Shown piece after piece: positions 50,274 to 64,000 of a stretch of DNA of 64,000 nt (position 1 is the first letter of the stretch; each line of letters opens with the position of its first letter). The stretch is from positions 72,850,001 through 72,914,000 of the forward strand of contig NC_042998.1 in assembly GCF_006345805.1 (NCBI RefSeq). The letters run 5' to 3'. The position numbers were made by a program, and so were the translations under genes. The DNA is from Octopus sinensis (Eukaryota). Below the pieces are notes generated by a model. The model did not search any database and was not told where the DNA came from. It was given only the letters and a program-made list of their open reading frames with translations.

Positions 50274-52500
50274 ATTGAAAGATATATATATATATATATA
50301 ATTAATTAATAAGGGTGAGAGAATTAGATACTAATTTAATAGTATGTCCATTCAACACCAAGTGGCCCAGTGCCTCGAGAAACCTGGATTATTATAATAT
50401 TTTATAATATATTATAATATTTTATACAAAAATAAATATAAGAGAATGGTCACTATGTGGCTCATTCTAGCACTAGAAAATCCAAAAGGTTTCAACCACA
50501 AAAATACATGTTTCACATGAAAGTCAGTACGATTGTTAGCTCACACGAACAGGGCAAATAAAAAATAACAAAAATACAGATTATTTTGGGACAATTGTTT
50601 CGCTATTAATGAATTAAATGTAATTTTACTTACAAAAAACCCACTTGTAGCTCCTCAGCCAAAACTATCTGGATGAAATCCACTCAATTACACGCCAGAT
50701 TTTACCATAACGATAAAAACACGTGTGGTTCCATTGATTACATCCGACGTTATAATTCAAATGCCCCTACTAACAGCGCGCCAAACTTTCACGGAAACAA
50801 ATACTACATTTAGAAATAAATGTAGCATAATTATAATTAATTAATATAGTAGGGGCATTTGAATTAGTACAATGAAAATTGTATTTTGGAGTAGAATTCA
50901 CCTTCATATATCACGATTTATGTACCATGTAGGATGTAACACTACATAATTATTTCTTTAAATATGCAACCATTTTATAATATAAGCATAGCGGTACAAC
51001 ACATATGTCATAAATATATACCAATACTATGATTGTCATATTAGCTATCTTTCTTTTCATGCATTGATGGAGGCAATAAAACTTTTAGGAGTTCAATCGA
51101 CATGGAAAATTGAACATCTGTTGTTTTGCTTGCTTCTGTGGTAATCAGCTATGACAAACTCCTATGACATTTGTGGGTAGGAAAAAGCACCGTCCATGTT
51201 GTAAGCGGTCAGATTTTTATGCTGACATAATTTTAGCCGCCATTACGTAATGGACATTCAATAGAAGGAAAATATTTATTAAAAAACAATTTATAAAATA
51301 CAAAATGTTGAATATGCAAAATAACATGGAATCAGGTTAGATGAGAATTAATATGGAACACGAAATCTGGAAAATGTTTTTGAAGTGGGATAAATAAACA
51401 AATGATAATAAGAAAGCATAAGATACATGAGTATCGTCGCAAAGAAGTGATATCTCCCCTATTGCAAGAAACCATAAAATTAAGTACCCGCAAACAACAA
51501 AGTATGGGGAATTTAATCCCATCTAAAAGAGATTAGGAAATACTCCAATATTCCAAAACAGATATATATTCCTTTTGGTGTGGCTGATAACATTTGGTAA
51601 AGAGAAGGTAGAAAATTAATCATGTTTCAGAAATATGTAACCATAGCAACGAAGCAAACAAATTATGAGGTTGTGCAAACAGTCAGATTAAATTATATGC
51701 CGCCAAAGTTTCATGACATAGAGGAATATCTTGAGATTAAAGACAGTGAGTGTAATTGCAAATATATTTGATAAAACGTACTATCATGTTGTCTTGGTCT
51801 ATCACCAGGCACAAAAATCTTTCACATTTAGTTAGCTTTGAAAGAAAGTTAACGGGATTCTTTTTATACCTAGTGTATCACCAAGGGCTTTGAATGTTCG
51901 AAGGTAGTGCAATTAAACCTGACCAGGAAGTCCGGGACACCTTTCGAAAATATAACAACATTACTAGAATTGATTGTATTGCAATTCATGCAACAATGAA
52001 AAGAAAATTGCCTCGAATAAACATTGCAGCTAAGTACATCGGCTGTTTACACCAGCACAACATTCATATACGTTTTTGCAAAAGTAATTGAACAAGTGGA
52101 AAACCCTTGGACATTGTGCATCGGACCTACAAAAATTACTTAATATTCCACAGGTGTGCCCGTGTGTAGAAGTCATTATGAACAGTGTTATAAATAGAGT
52201 TCATAGCCACTGTATATAAAAAAAATATGAAACGATTAATTGATTGGTGATATTGACTATTTAGGAACAGAGAGCAACAGTGAAGGTAATGTTGAAATAC
52301 AGATTGATTTGTGAAGATATGGATGTGTGTTTGTGTGTGTGAGTGTAAATGCATATACATAAGTGTATGCGTGTGTGTGAGAGTGTGTGTGTGTGTGCAT
52401 ACGGGGGTGTATGTAAAGTCTTGAGCCTAAAAAAAGAAATATGGTACATGACTTCAAGGCTCAAAGGCCTTGAACGTTCAAAGCTTTCCATACACACCTC

Positions 52501-52537
<37 letters not shown>

Positions 52538-52539
52538 GA

Positions 52540-52905
52540 TCGAGAAGGTGAATCTCGGCGACCTTTTAGTGCGTACAGTATGTGACAGACCATGCTTTTC
52601 TTTTGCTGAGCTCAAATCTAATTTGCAGACCCTCGTAAAATGAACCTACACCAACTACTCTACCTATATATCTGTTCACGCCATTCAATGCCCTATGTGC
52701 CATAAGGTCTGCAAATCTAACAGAGGCATAAAAAGACGTTTTAAGATCCACAATGATCAAAACTTAACTGCATCACCTGCTGGTCCAAATCAGATATGCA
52801 ATCTATATGGGTGTCTTTCCAGTACATTATCTGGTTTAAAAATCCACATCAAGCGCTATGATTGATCTAAGGTGTAAGTATGAGAGTTGCTGAATCGCTG
52901 CATAA
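52540..52905 (+). mobile_element. 3' end of an RTE-type LINE (5'-truncated) with degenerate C2H2-like motifs
   Basis: CPMCHKVCKSNRGIKRRFKIH...CNLYGCLSSTLSGLKIH; inserted next to (TA)n. Confidence 0.5.
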
Positions 52906-54246
52906 AGAGTGGACAATCACCATATGTATATATATACATATGGTGGGGGTTGTATTCTCCGTTCTACTTATAAATCGTATCTTTCACCTTCCCGGCTAGA
53001 GTCGTCGCCGATTTTTGTTATTGTAATTGGTTTTTTTTTCTTCTGTTTGAATAAATTAATCACCTCCACTTATTTATACCCCAGCAGCTTCTGATTTTGA
53101 TACCGTCAATTTGAAGAATATTATCGAAATTTATCGAAATTGTGATTTTCTTTTGTCTATAATTGTTCAATGAATGAGCATATTCCGTCCCAATTGTGTG
53201 TTCTGTTTCTATTTCCTATTTTTATGTCGTCTCGCTTCACTGCATTTCATGCGTATTTATGTATGCCATTATTCAGTTTTATTTCAAGATTTCTTGCTAA
53301 TAGAGAAAGAGCCGTTTTCTAACCTAGATCCAAGACTCCTCCATCGGAATTTCAGCATCAACAACTGGGTATATTTGTATGTATGTATGTATGTATATGT
53401 GTATGTGTGTATTTATGTATGTGTGTTTATATGTATACATACGTGTAGATTTGTATGTTTTGTATTATATGTCTTCCCATGCATATACTTGCAGATCTAG
53501 ACATACTCATATATCTAAAGAAGCTCATCCTACTTAAATGATAAATTTCTGGAAGCTTTTACAAATTTTTATAGTTCGAGTAATAGCGTGAATCTGTACG
53601 CTTCGAATCAGATTTCTCCTTTTTGATTTTGAGAAGCCAAATTTCTCTAGATTGGTATTTAGACAGTATGTTATATAACCCAGTGCCCCAATAATTAGAC
53701 GTATAAAGATGAACTTGTAATCTGGATAGAGTAGCTGCAGATTTCTCAGTATGTATATACACAGAAACACATAGAGACACATGCACATAACTGACAGATG
53801 TATCAGCAATGCCTATGCAAGTGTTTGAAGTCGAGTGCAGCTTATACAAACGGCAGTGGCTAATACTAGTAATTCTGGGAAGCCCAGAGGCAACGAAATT
53901 GCAAATTACCTGGTTTAGTCCAGTAGTGGATTTTATATACGATTTATCCTTCTGCTATAATGATGCTTACACAAAGATCATAGGCCCCTCATTCACAGCG
54001 AATTTACTGCGTCCTCAGAAGCAACACAATTTCTCTAAGCCCTAGAGATAACTGCACGGAATATTACATATATACTCATAATGGGATAGCCTTTGATTCA
54101 CTTGAATTCCTTCGCCATTTCATATGCTTGGTTTTTTCGTCCCGCATTGTATCCAGTAAATCAACCTCTTCACCAAAGAGGCTTCGTGGGGTTCTTGGTT
54201 TAATCACTGATGACCCGACCATGGAACAAATTGTATGAGTTATATG

Positions 54247-54388
<142 letters not shown>

Positions 54389-54616
54389 TGAGAGAGAGAG
54401 AGAGAAAGAGCGAGAGAGAGAGGCAAATTTATATGTATATATCCCAGGACCAGTTCTACAATAATCAGAGCAATAGGCTGCTTACCTACAATCCATGTGA
54501 TCTATCACATATCATGGAACCAATTTCCTTCACACTGTTATGGCCTGCAGGATTGTCCCTAGTGAGTGTGACGCCATTCCGTCCTACTCAATTGTGACGG
54601 CTATGTGAAGCCTCTG

Positions 54617-54703
54617 GAGACTGTATTACAACCTAGATGAGACTGTATTACAACCTAGATGAGTATTACAACCTAGACTGTATTACAACCTATTACAACC
54701 TAG
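54617..54703 (+). repeat. Short tandem array with shrinking units (core TATTACAACC x5)
   Basis: Two 22-nt GAGACTGTATTACAACCTAGAT units, then three shorter units. Confidence 0.92.
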
Positions 54704-55200
54704 GAGAAGGTAGTGGCTGGAAGTCCATGTGTGTGACAACATGATCCAGTTCCTCGTTATAACTCCGGAAATAGGATTGCCGGAGAATTTCTACGACATC
54801 GGTAGTCCCAATTTATAGCCTCCTTATCCTCCCAATTGTAAAGTCACGGATTATATATGCATGAACTGTAAAGACGATGCAAAACATATCTCAATTTCAA
54901 CATGCAACATAGTTTTGGCAACGTACATCCAAACGAGAAATGTTTGTATCTTTGTGTAAAAACTAGTACCTTCGTTACAAGTAGAATATAATTTTTTAAA
55001 GATTTAAATATTGAAGAAAATATGCATATATATTTAGTAATCAGTAAACTTATCAAACATGTCTAGTTCACTTCCATTTGTTACACTCTCGTGACAAACA
55101 TCTGGATTTTAGTTCCATTTTCTCACTCTCTCTTTCTCTTTCTCTCTCCCTTTCTCTCTCTCTCTTTCTCTTTCTCTCTCCCTTTCTCTCTCTCTCTTTC

Positions 55201-55252
<52 letters not shown>

Positions 55253-56183
55253 ACACACACACACACATACACACACACTCACACACACCCTCGAAATATA
55301 AAATTCTCATGGCTTCAGTACTGGCATCCTCCAAACAGCAGTGATCAGTTTTTTGCACTGGATGTTCGTTCTTATCGTATCTTGCAACTCGAAAGTAAAT
55401 AAACTATGTAGAAAATTTGCGCTGCGCTTGTCTCTGGGGTTGATAAAATATTGTGTATGGACAGCTATTTTCTTCAAAATTAAATATACTTTACAAATTA
55501 TATATTCAATAATAAGAAACTGCATCGCTGAAAACATTTTACAAAAATATTCTTTTGTTATTATAAAAAGACTGTTAACACTTGTAGCGTCTTATCAACT
55601 TGGCAATACATCAATCATTTAAACACCCATTTGAAAAAAAATCGTTACCTTTACCATTTCCTTCTGTCTTAATACATTTATTTATTTCCTTACAGGCCTG
55701 CTCATTTTATTCATTCTTATTTCAATAACTTCTATTAGACATATCGTAATACTGAACTTGTTTTCGGGAAACTTCCACAAGGCATCATTATCTATAGTTT
55801 CTTTATTTTGTTCCTTTTTGTTTTGTAGCTTTAGTTTCAATTACCTTGATTTAATTGCAATCTAAAAAGTATCTTCTTTCATTCCTACAAATAATCTGAT
55901 GTTTTTCCTTGAGTTACGCGATCACAGTTTAACAAGAAACCTTTTTCAGATAACAGGTTTGATTCACATATTTTATATAATAAACGTATCTATCCTTTCT
56001 AAACAACGTACTGAGTTCTATGATAACGTTTACATTAACATTTAAATAACTATATGTCGCACAAAATATGCTACACAGCCACAGAATTGAATACATGAAC
56101 AGCTAAAGATTTTATACTACAAGCATTACTCATGAAATTAAAATTACAGAGTACCCAACAAACAAATAAACAAGGAGCCCTGA

Positions 56184-56463
56184 CTGAGAAAAACGATTAT
56201 TTGTAAGGGAGGTAAGTAGTTCTGGATTTGGTGTTGTAAGACCTCAATGCCACAAAGAATGAATAAAGAGGAAACTTTCAACAATAAATATATTCCCCAA
56301 CTAAATATGAACACATAACATAATACAGAACACTACTAACCTTTCAATTAATACCACTAACCTCCATACATCCCCTACACCATTCACATTACAATTCTAT
56401 ATCCAACCTAATTGCACCAATTCCAGAACTACTTACCTCCCTTACAAATAATCTTTTTCTCAG
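56184..56463. mobile_element. PLE 3' fragment bracketed by a ~50-bp inverted repeat (56184-56233 and 56415-56463)
   Basis: GATTATTTGTAAGGGAGGTAAGTAGTTCTGGA is mirrored. The interior encodes RMNKEETFNNKYIPQLN (PLE EN C-terminus). Confidence 0.7.
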
Positions 56464-56762
56464 GAACTATTAGACCTGACACCGTTCATTAATCGGTGTG
56501 CATTCAAAGCAATGAATAGTTGTATTCAAAGCAATGATTATTAACTTACAAAACTGCCGGTATGCTTGAATATCTTTAATCATTTTAAATAATGATTTTA
56601 TTAATTTTATTCCTACCTCAGTTCATCTAATTGTACATATCTTTCGTAACTTTTCATAAAGAGCCTTTACTTTTTTATTTACAATGTGCATTTTCGTTTA
56701 TTTTCTTACTTCCCTCTTACATTACCACGTGTAGTTTCTATTTTCTTTTTGTAACATATTTC

Positions 56763-56801
<39 letters not shown>

Positions 56802-56811
56802 CAGATATGTA

Positions 56812-57361
56812 TGTGGTCTAATCAATAAGTATCAGGACTCTTGCCAAAGTAACGAAGCTAACGCACACACAATAAAACTGCTTGGCACAGATAGATCTTG
56901 AACTCTTTTGCGCATCTGCTCCAAGTTTTAACGTTCTTGCTTGCTTCTGCTGTTGATAACAGTGCATAGAAGGAAGATGTGTAGCGTGGGATCGTCACAT
57001 TGACCATGATAGCGAAAATTGAGTAGAGAATCTGCATCAAATTTTGCCAAAATCTTGGTGATGTCTACACAAAAGTTTTCAAAGTGTTTTCATCTTTCTC
57101 GACACAGTCAAGAAGAGCGTGTGCAACTGAAGCCGGCGTGTCTTTTTGGTTAACTGAAAGCAGTTTTGGCCGTCTCATCCCCAAAACGTCAAAGATAATG
57201 GACTGAACTGAACCGTAATTAATCTGCACATCCTCTAATAACTTACGGATGGTGATTCGACGATTTCCCCTCACAGCAGCACGCACATCTGCGAAGTTTT
57301 TCTCAGTTCTGCTAGTTGCAGGTCTCCCAGAACGTGAATCAGTATCTACATTTAGTATCAA
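56812..57361. mobile_element. Rearranged mariner (Mos1-like) remnant: 5' TIR and N-terminus on +, HTH2 region on -
   Basis: TA followed by TGTGGTCTAATCAATAAGTATCAGGAC; + strand MIAKIE*RICIKFCQNLGD; - strand DSRSGRPATSRT...NRRITIR...GSVQSII..LGMRR. Confidence 0.75.
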
Positions 57362-58062
57362 ATTTGATGCATATAACTTTCATCATTGATATGAATTGCT
57401 CAACTTGCTTTGCTATTGGTTTGCTTACAGACATTTACTCACTAGTTCGGTATGGTGAGTTAGCTTTATGAAGTTCAAGTTGTACGGAAATGAGTACCTT
57501 TAGTAGAATGCGTAGGTAAGTTTCATATCTTAGAGATTATTGTGTGAGAACGACATTGGTGTCAACTTCACATTAGAGAATAATTCTTTGAGACTTTGAA
57601 GTAGAGACAAAATGCGTTTTTTGCATATCGGTACCATAATATTTTCATTCACCAATATATAGGAAAGTCCGGGTGGTGATTCTGTTTGACGTTACGTACA
57701 AAGTGACTTCCCGGTGCGAATATATCTTTCGGCCATTTAATATCACAGAGGGATGTAGCCAATTGGCATATTGATATATTGCTCTAGTCTCTTTGCTTTC
57801 TAATTTATAGGCATGATTTCCTGAAAATTATACGTGTGACTGCATTGAATTAATTAATCTTAGTATGCGATAACAAAAGAATTAATCTTGCGTGGATTTA
57901 CATATATCCGTACAAATGCACCCACATATAAATATACACATATACTTAGACATACACGCACGCACACGCGCGCGTCCACACAAAAGCACACACACACATA
58001 CTTACGCACACGCATATATATGCCTATAACTGTTATGTGTATATATATATATATATATATAT

Positions 58063-58233
58063 AGTAAGAGTTTACCAAAAAGGCAAAAGACGAAAACAGA
58101 TGGTGTACAAAACAAACAGATGCATTAGTATAACGCTCAGGAATAGAAAAAGTCTTTTACGTTTCGAGCCTACGCTCTTCTACAGAAAGGGACAGAAAAA
58201 ACAAGGAGAGAAAAAAATGTGCGTAGTGGCTAA

Positions 58234-58235
<2 letters not shown>
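58063..58235 (-). repeat. Family-A repeat, with hammerhead-like motif at 58153-58190 (CUGUAGA core)
   Basis: CCUUU-CUGUAGA-A-GAGC GUAG GCUC-GAAAC-GUA-AAAGA on the minus strand; (TA)n on both sides. Confidence 0.78.
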
Positions 58236-58292
<57 letters not shown>

Positions 58293-58293
58293 T

Positions 58294-58497
58294 AGCGAAA
58301 ACACCTAAAGCTCCACGAGGCACCGGCAGGGGTGGTGGCGATCACTGCTGTATTCTTTCGCCACATCTTTCTCTCACTCTTTCTTCTGTTGGCCTGCTCG
58401 CTTAGCCAGCGGGGTGGCGTCATTTGAAGGCTAACTCAATGCGAAGCGCATTGTGACCAGCGATGTGTAGCAACATCTGATAGCCTGGTCGGTCACG

Positions 58498-58500
<3 letters not shown>
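58294..58500 (-). mobile_element. Headless SINE-like GC-rich repeat between (TA)n tracts
   Basis: GC island bounded by (TA)n; resembles a recalled octopus SINE body. Confidence 0.45.
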
Positions 58501-58541
<41 letters not shown>

Positions 58542-60109
58542 TGTGTGTGTTTTTGTGTGTGTGAGTATGTATATATGTCTGAATATATATGTGTATTGGT
58601 TTCTGTGTGTGTGTGTTTGCGTGCGCGTATGTATGTGTGCGTGTCTATATCAATTTATATGCAGCATATAAATGAGAAGAAAAATCCAGTACTTGATATG
58701 GCTCTTTGTTTTATCGTTACAATGTAAGGTACAACTTCACTTTAGTGATGTTTGTATTTGTGCCTTTTGGTTTTTAAATTGCGGATAGCCACCTTAATAA
58801 TCTATATATGCATATATCCTTTTACTTTCTCACGTATTTCAGTCGCTTGACTGCGTCCATAGATACATAAATACATACATACATAAGTACATACATACAT
58901 ATATACATACATGTGTGTATATATACAATTTGATGTTTATATTTTTCGAATCTAAATTACAACATATAGGACGAGAAGACGATGTGCCGCATGCAATCAA
59001 ATCAAGAAATCTGATAATTATTCGATACGTTGATTAGTCTATATTACCTTCCAATCTGTTTATTTGTAGCAATAGATTTTTGTACAGAGGCTATTGTTCA
59101 GAATTTTCGTGGGAATTAACTCGTAGAACGTCACCTGCAAAACGTAGTTAATAAATATTATTTGCTTATGTCTTGTATTTGTGCAATAGCTATGATTATC
59201 TGAAATAGAACAAGTAGCAACATAAGATGTAACTACATGTGGATTAGTAAGAGATGATTCAATATTAAAGCATTTGCTGAGAAAGTAATTTGAAAATATC
59301 TGATGAAAAATATTCCCGTATTTGAACCATCTCCATTAAATAACTGCCAAATCTCCAAGAACTCACACACTAATCTCATAAATGAATAGTGGTTCGTTTC
59401 AGAATGCAATGCATGATATAGAATGTGGGTGGATTTTCCTGATTAGAACGTATTTATTAATAAATATACTCAATGACTCAAGAAATGACGTAGAAATAAA
59501 TAACAACAGCAACATCGACTGTAGGGGTTCAATTTCACATTTCAATTGATAAATCTATTCTGAGTGACAAATCAAAGGGTTGTGAGTTTAACCTTTATAA
59601 TAAAAAAAAAAAAAAAAACAGGGCGAAATATACAATGGTTTCATGTCGCTGCGATATAAAACAAATTGAATAAATATTGAAAAGTTTGAGTGTTTACTGG
59701 GTATTAGATGAAAAGAGAGGTTGCTTCAACCATGGTTAAGTCTTCTCATATTCATCAAAGTCAACGTTGTCATTTTTGACAAATACTCAGTTATTCATTA
59801 GCGGTCTTCGTACGGGCATTTTCTATTCTGTCCTATATTTTATTTTGCTGAGACATTTTGACTATTATTGACACGAAGAATATGTACAAAAAACTCAGTA
59901 GAATTTTTGCATTATAATTTTCTAAGACAGCTGGAGACATGTGTTTCTTCCGAAAAATTCTAATCTAACTGTTTCAACTTATTTCGAAGACTTGATTTTT
60001 TTCTTGCTGTAGGACAGTATGGATTCTAATTCTGTTATATTTTATTTCAAAACTTAAGCACACGGTAACTGAAAAATTAAACAAAACTTTCGCTTGTTGA
60101 TTTATCATT

Positions 60110-62760
60110 TAATCTTTTATTCGTTCATGCCTTTCAGCCCACTGGCTGTGGCCATGCTGTGCATCGCCAATATCATCACCTTTGCAATGAACATTCTTAT
60201 GTGATTGGCTGTGGGTGAAGGCAGGTGTTCAATATTCCTGCCTTCTTTTGAGTTTCTTGTGTGATGTAAGCTCTTCTTGAACGTTTGACAGCAGGGTGTC
60301 AAGTTGTTTCTTAAAAGAATCTACCCTCACTCCATACAGATCTGACAGATGTTTGGCAAGGTATTAAATATTCATGGCCTGTTGAATCCCAAGAAATTAC
60401 AGTGCACGGTCGTCACACCAAGTGGGATGGCTGGGACCTTTAGAACCGAGCAGTGGCTGGCATATCTCTCAATGCTAAAGGTCTTTGCCAACACCTGCAG
60501 GATCTTCCATACGTATATCTCTGCATATATCTCTCGTCTTCGCTTCAAATAGTAGGGTCGTAGACCTTGCCATCTCTCCCAGTAACTCAGCTGTTCCAAT
60601 GATGAAATCTTGCAAGTATAGTACCGCTGAACTCAAGTTCCGTTTTTAATTTGACGTTATGGGGCGACCACAGTCGGAAGTAGTAGTCCGGACGGCGAAG
60701 AAGACTCCAAACAACAAGTTTAGTTTGCTGGTCACTTGATCCGAAAATTCACAGAATTCATCCGACCATTCTCCTGCACATTGCCACAATCTTCGTGATA
60801 TGCACGTGAAACCAGACGTTGTTGCTCATCTCCAAATCACGCACAGTACTGAAATATCTTTCTTGCGGTATGTTAGCAGAAGCTAGGTGTTGGAGGAAGG
60901 CTTGGGATACTTTTGCATTAAATTTTATGCGGTTTTCTGCAAGTCTTTTATAAATGGCATCCAGGTCTCTCTGTAGAAGGTTAGCTTCAAGAGGTTCATT
61001 TAGTGCTTGTAGAATTTTAGTTTCGTTTGCTGTCTCTCTAAGAGATGGCATATCTCAAGACAGTTCACGGACAGAACCCACTTGCAATTACAGTCTTCTT
61101 GGTGAATGATCCAATAGCTTCTACGGCGTGGCTTCTGTCTGTTAAGAAGTTATATAAACACTCTCCCAGTTTTGCATTATGCTGAGTCTCCGTAGTCTGT
61201 GACATACCATGCCATGCCCAATTTTATGAAAGGCTTTTCCAAAATTGAGATATAGCATATCCATGTTTGGGCTATTCATTAGTTATTTCAAAGCCCATTC
61301 GTCATGATGCTGGAGCTGTGTAAGGTAGTTTCTTCATGGCTGGGAATGTGATCAACTGCCTCCAGACAATGTGATCCATGATTTAGCTGACATTTAGCTT
61401 ACGGGAAGAACATGTTATGCATTCCTTTAACTTTCTGAGAAGTTTCCCAGTTGTAAGGAAGCTTTGGAAGGGGATGTATAGCGGCATTGCTAGAGCCTCT
61501 TTGCATTTACTCAAGAGGACTAATGGGAATCCATCCGAACCTGTGGCTTAGTTTAAGCTCATTTTATCAATGCCTAATATTACATCAGTCCTCTGCATTT
61601 CGATGTAATCAACAGTCATCATCGCTTTGTACAGAGTTGTGGTGACGAATAGTTCATCAGGTATAGCTATTCGCAAGTGTCCCAACGGAGTTGTGAATAC
61701 GCTTTTGTAATTCACTTATCCTCTGGGGATATGCGTTTGGGGAGCCAAATTCTTTGAACAGTGACACTCTCCCGTACAATACTGAAGCAGATTCTTTTTC
61801 AGATTTTAGAGTTTGTCTTTACATTCTTTTGTGGCCCACCTAGACGGTTTCTGATCTTTTCTCGTCGTCTCATTAGTGTTTTCCTACCCATGACAATTAT
61901 GTTTTTCTGACGGTTTGACTTTCTCTGTGGAGCAAACCTACTGTATATGTCATGCATGGTTGACATAGACTACTGTAGCTTTATCCCAATATCTTGCGGA
62001 GAAGGACTTCTAGACCAGATTTTACCATGTCCTCTTTCTCAATACCTTTTCACTCAACGTTATGAAAGTTCAAGCTGGAAAGGAGTTTGGTGCATCTACT
62101 AAGCTGCATCTCTGCAGCTCTCTGCGTTCCATATGTTGTTAGTTTCGTTATTGTCCGAGAAATTAGTGAAGGCCGAATTAATATTATGGATGAGCGCCGC
62201 GTTACTTTTGAAGCAAACGTCCAGTGCATTTGCGCTCTTTGTTGGGTGGGCGTTATTTGCTCCATAAATGGCATGTTTGTCAGGTAGAACGAAGAGTTAG
62301 CTTCGTTCTGTTTATGCTTTGACGTATTCGAAAGATAGCGGCCCTCAGCCTCTTCGTCATTAGGGAAGTTGTCATCTAATAGAAGTAAACGAAGGCTGTC
62401 ATTTAGCCTGAATAATATTTGTTGCTTTTTTTAGGCTCTTTGCAGAACATCTGGTGGATGATATTCAGTACATATTACCGTTTTGGCCTGTTTAATGAGT
62501 CCTACCAGAGTGTCACAATCTGAGTTTGAATTTGGCAGCAGGACTACAGGCGTGAAATCTCGGATGTACATTACCTCTTCACCATAAATTCTTTTATTCT
62601 TGTCAGCATTCAGATGTGTTTCTCTCTGTGCCATGTAACTAAGTCTCTCAAGCGAGGTGTATTGCCTTGGGGAGACGTTACAAGGCCCCTGACATTCACC
62701 AAGTATGCTGGTGTGACATCTAGGATGTAGTTATGTTTTTTGCTATTTAGATGTTTTCTA
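60110..62760 (-). mobile_element. Decayed CR1/L2-type LINE (APE + RT + 3' tail)
   Basis: RETHL, CDTL..ICTEYHPP (APE), LQRDLDAIY, LWSPHN and LSYWER..L..Y.LKRRRE; 3' stem-loop tail at 60135-60148. Confidence 0.85.
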
Positions 62761-62954
62761 TTTCCCGCGGGGACATATTTCGATTTAATTGCAACTTTAA
62801 GTTCTTATAGCAGAGCGTTGATAATGAATAGGTAAGCAGATATCAATGAATGCAGACGTGGCTAAATTTTCAGCAGTTACCCTCAAAATTTCTATCCCTG
62901 TGCCTGAATTAGTCACCGTCATTATAAACAAATAGTAGCGATAGCATTATATGC

Positions 62955-63001
<47 letters not shown>

Positions 63002-64000
63002 AAGATGACGTGTCCTTAATGTTTATTTTCTGATTTTAATTCTAAATCTAATATTTATAAACAGATGCCTCAATTGAATATACATTCATATATATTTTGT
63101 TTTCAATGTAAGCAATACTGAATACTATATAATGACTTATACATCGTTTATTGATAGCATTAATACAAATATATATTTTCCATCGCATTTATATGATAAT
63201 AATCCTTCTTTCTGAAAACATATATGAAGTAGAAGAACTAAGTCTTATCAACATTATATACCTATATATATTGTAACTTCTAAATTCAGAATAGAATGTT
63301 TCACTTCTATTAATTATCTATACTATTTTGTGATGATTCATTTAATTTTAACCTTGCCCTCGCGGTTTATTTCTGTGCGTAAGGAAAGAAAATTTAATAT
63401 TTAATGGCATGCCATCGAAAACGAACTATGCCAGAAGGTAAAAAACATTTTTGCATGTATTTCACTTTTCTGTGATGTAAACGTATTTTTCTGTAGTTGT
63501 AAATATAAGGTTCAGTGGAATTTTGTTACGTAGAAGTAAAAACGCAATAAAATCATATTAGAAATGTGAGAATATCTAAGAATAAAATAAACAGAATAAA
63601 AGACAGTTAAGCAAGATATCATTCAAATGCAGTAGTAGTTGAATAATATTCTTAAAGCAGCAATTTACTCACATGCAGCATTTTTCAGAGCTTGTTGCAA
63701 ATTCAGTTCTTAACTAAATTGAAAACTGTTAGCATTTTTGATGAGGACTGGAGCTAAGCGACATCTTGAAATAACAAATTCAGATTTGATCTAGTGCAAA
63801 AAAGTTTACATCAAAATATGTAGCAACGTTATAGGAGAATAAGTATCGCCTTTAATCAAGTTTAGATCTAAATAACTTTTTTATTTTAAAAGCAAAATAT
63901 ATTTATCCTAGCTTCAAGGATAGAAGAAATCATGATGAATATCATAGTATTGGTCCCATGCAACAAAACTTTGTATAAAAAATGTTGTGAGGTAAAATAT

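Noticed and set aside
50495-50530. GAAACAUGUA palindromic helix III-like string on the minus strand
   Set aside because: Core and stem II are missing and helix I does not pair.
54617-54703. CRISPR-like interpretation of the short repeat array
   Set aside because: No unique spacers, eukaryotic context and no cas genes.

Overview
AT-rich, repeat-saturated eukaryotic DNA. I found no host protein-coding exon. The SINE types, microsatellite load and LINE/transposon families point to a cephalopod (Octopus-like) genome, which is inference from recalled family sequences. The window contains a relatively young CR1-clade LINE (38.2-42.2 kb) and a decayed one (60.1-62.8 kb). It also has several R4/Dong-like (RLE) non-LTR fragments tied to (TAA)n arrays, three Tc1/mariner remnants, tRNA-derived SINEs, a gypsy integrase remnant and multiple Penelope-like element (PLE) fragments. 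The most striking unannotated signal is about 17 hammerhead-ribozyme-like motifs (minimal type I, with palindromic helix III) from several distinct repeat families. They show all three states of the core 3-8 base pair (C-G, U-A, G-C), and one multi-copy family has a U at the normally invariant A6. Several sit in both arms of divergent fold-back (inverted) duplications. All ribozyme calls are hand-folded from sequence and none has been tested for cleavage. Most short ORFs in the supplied track are microsatellite noise. Coordinates of decayed fragments are approximate.
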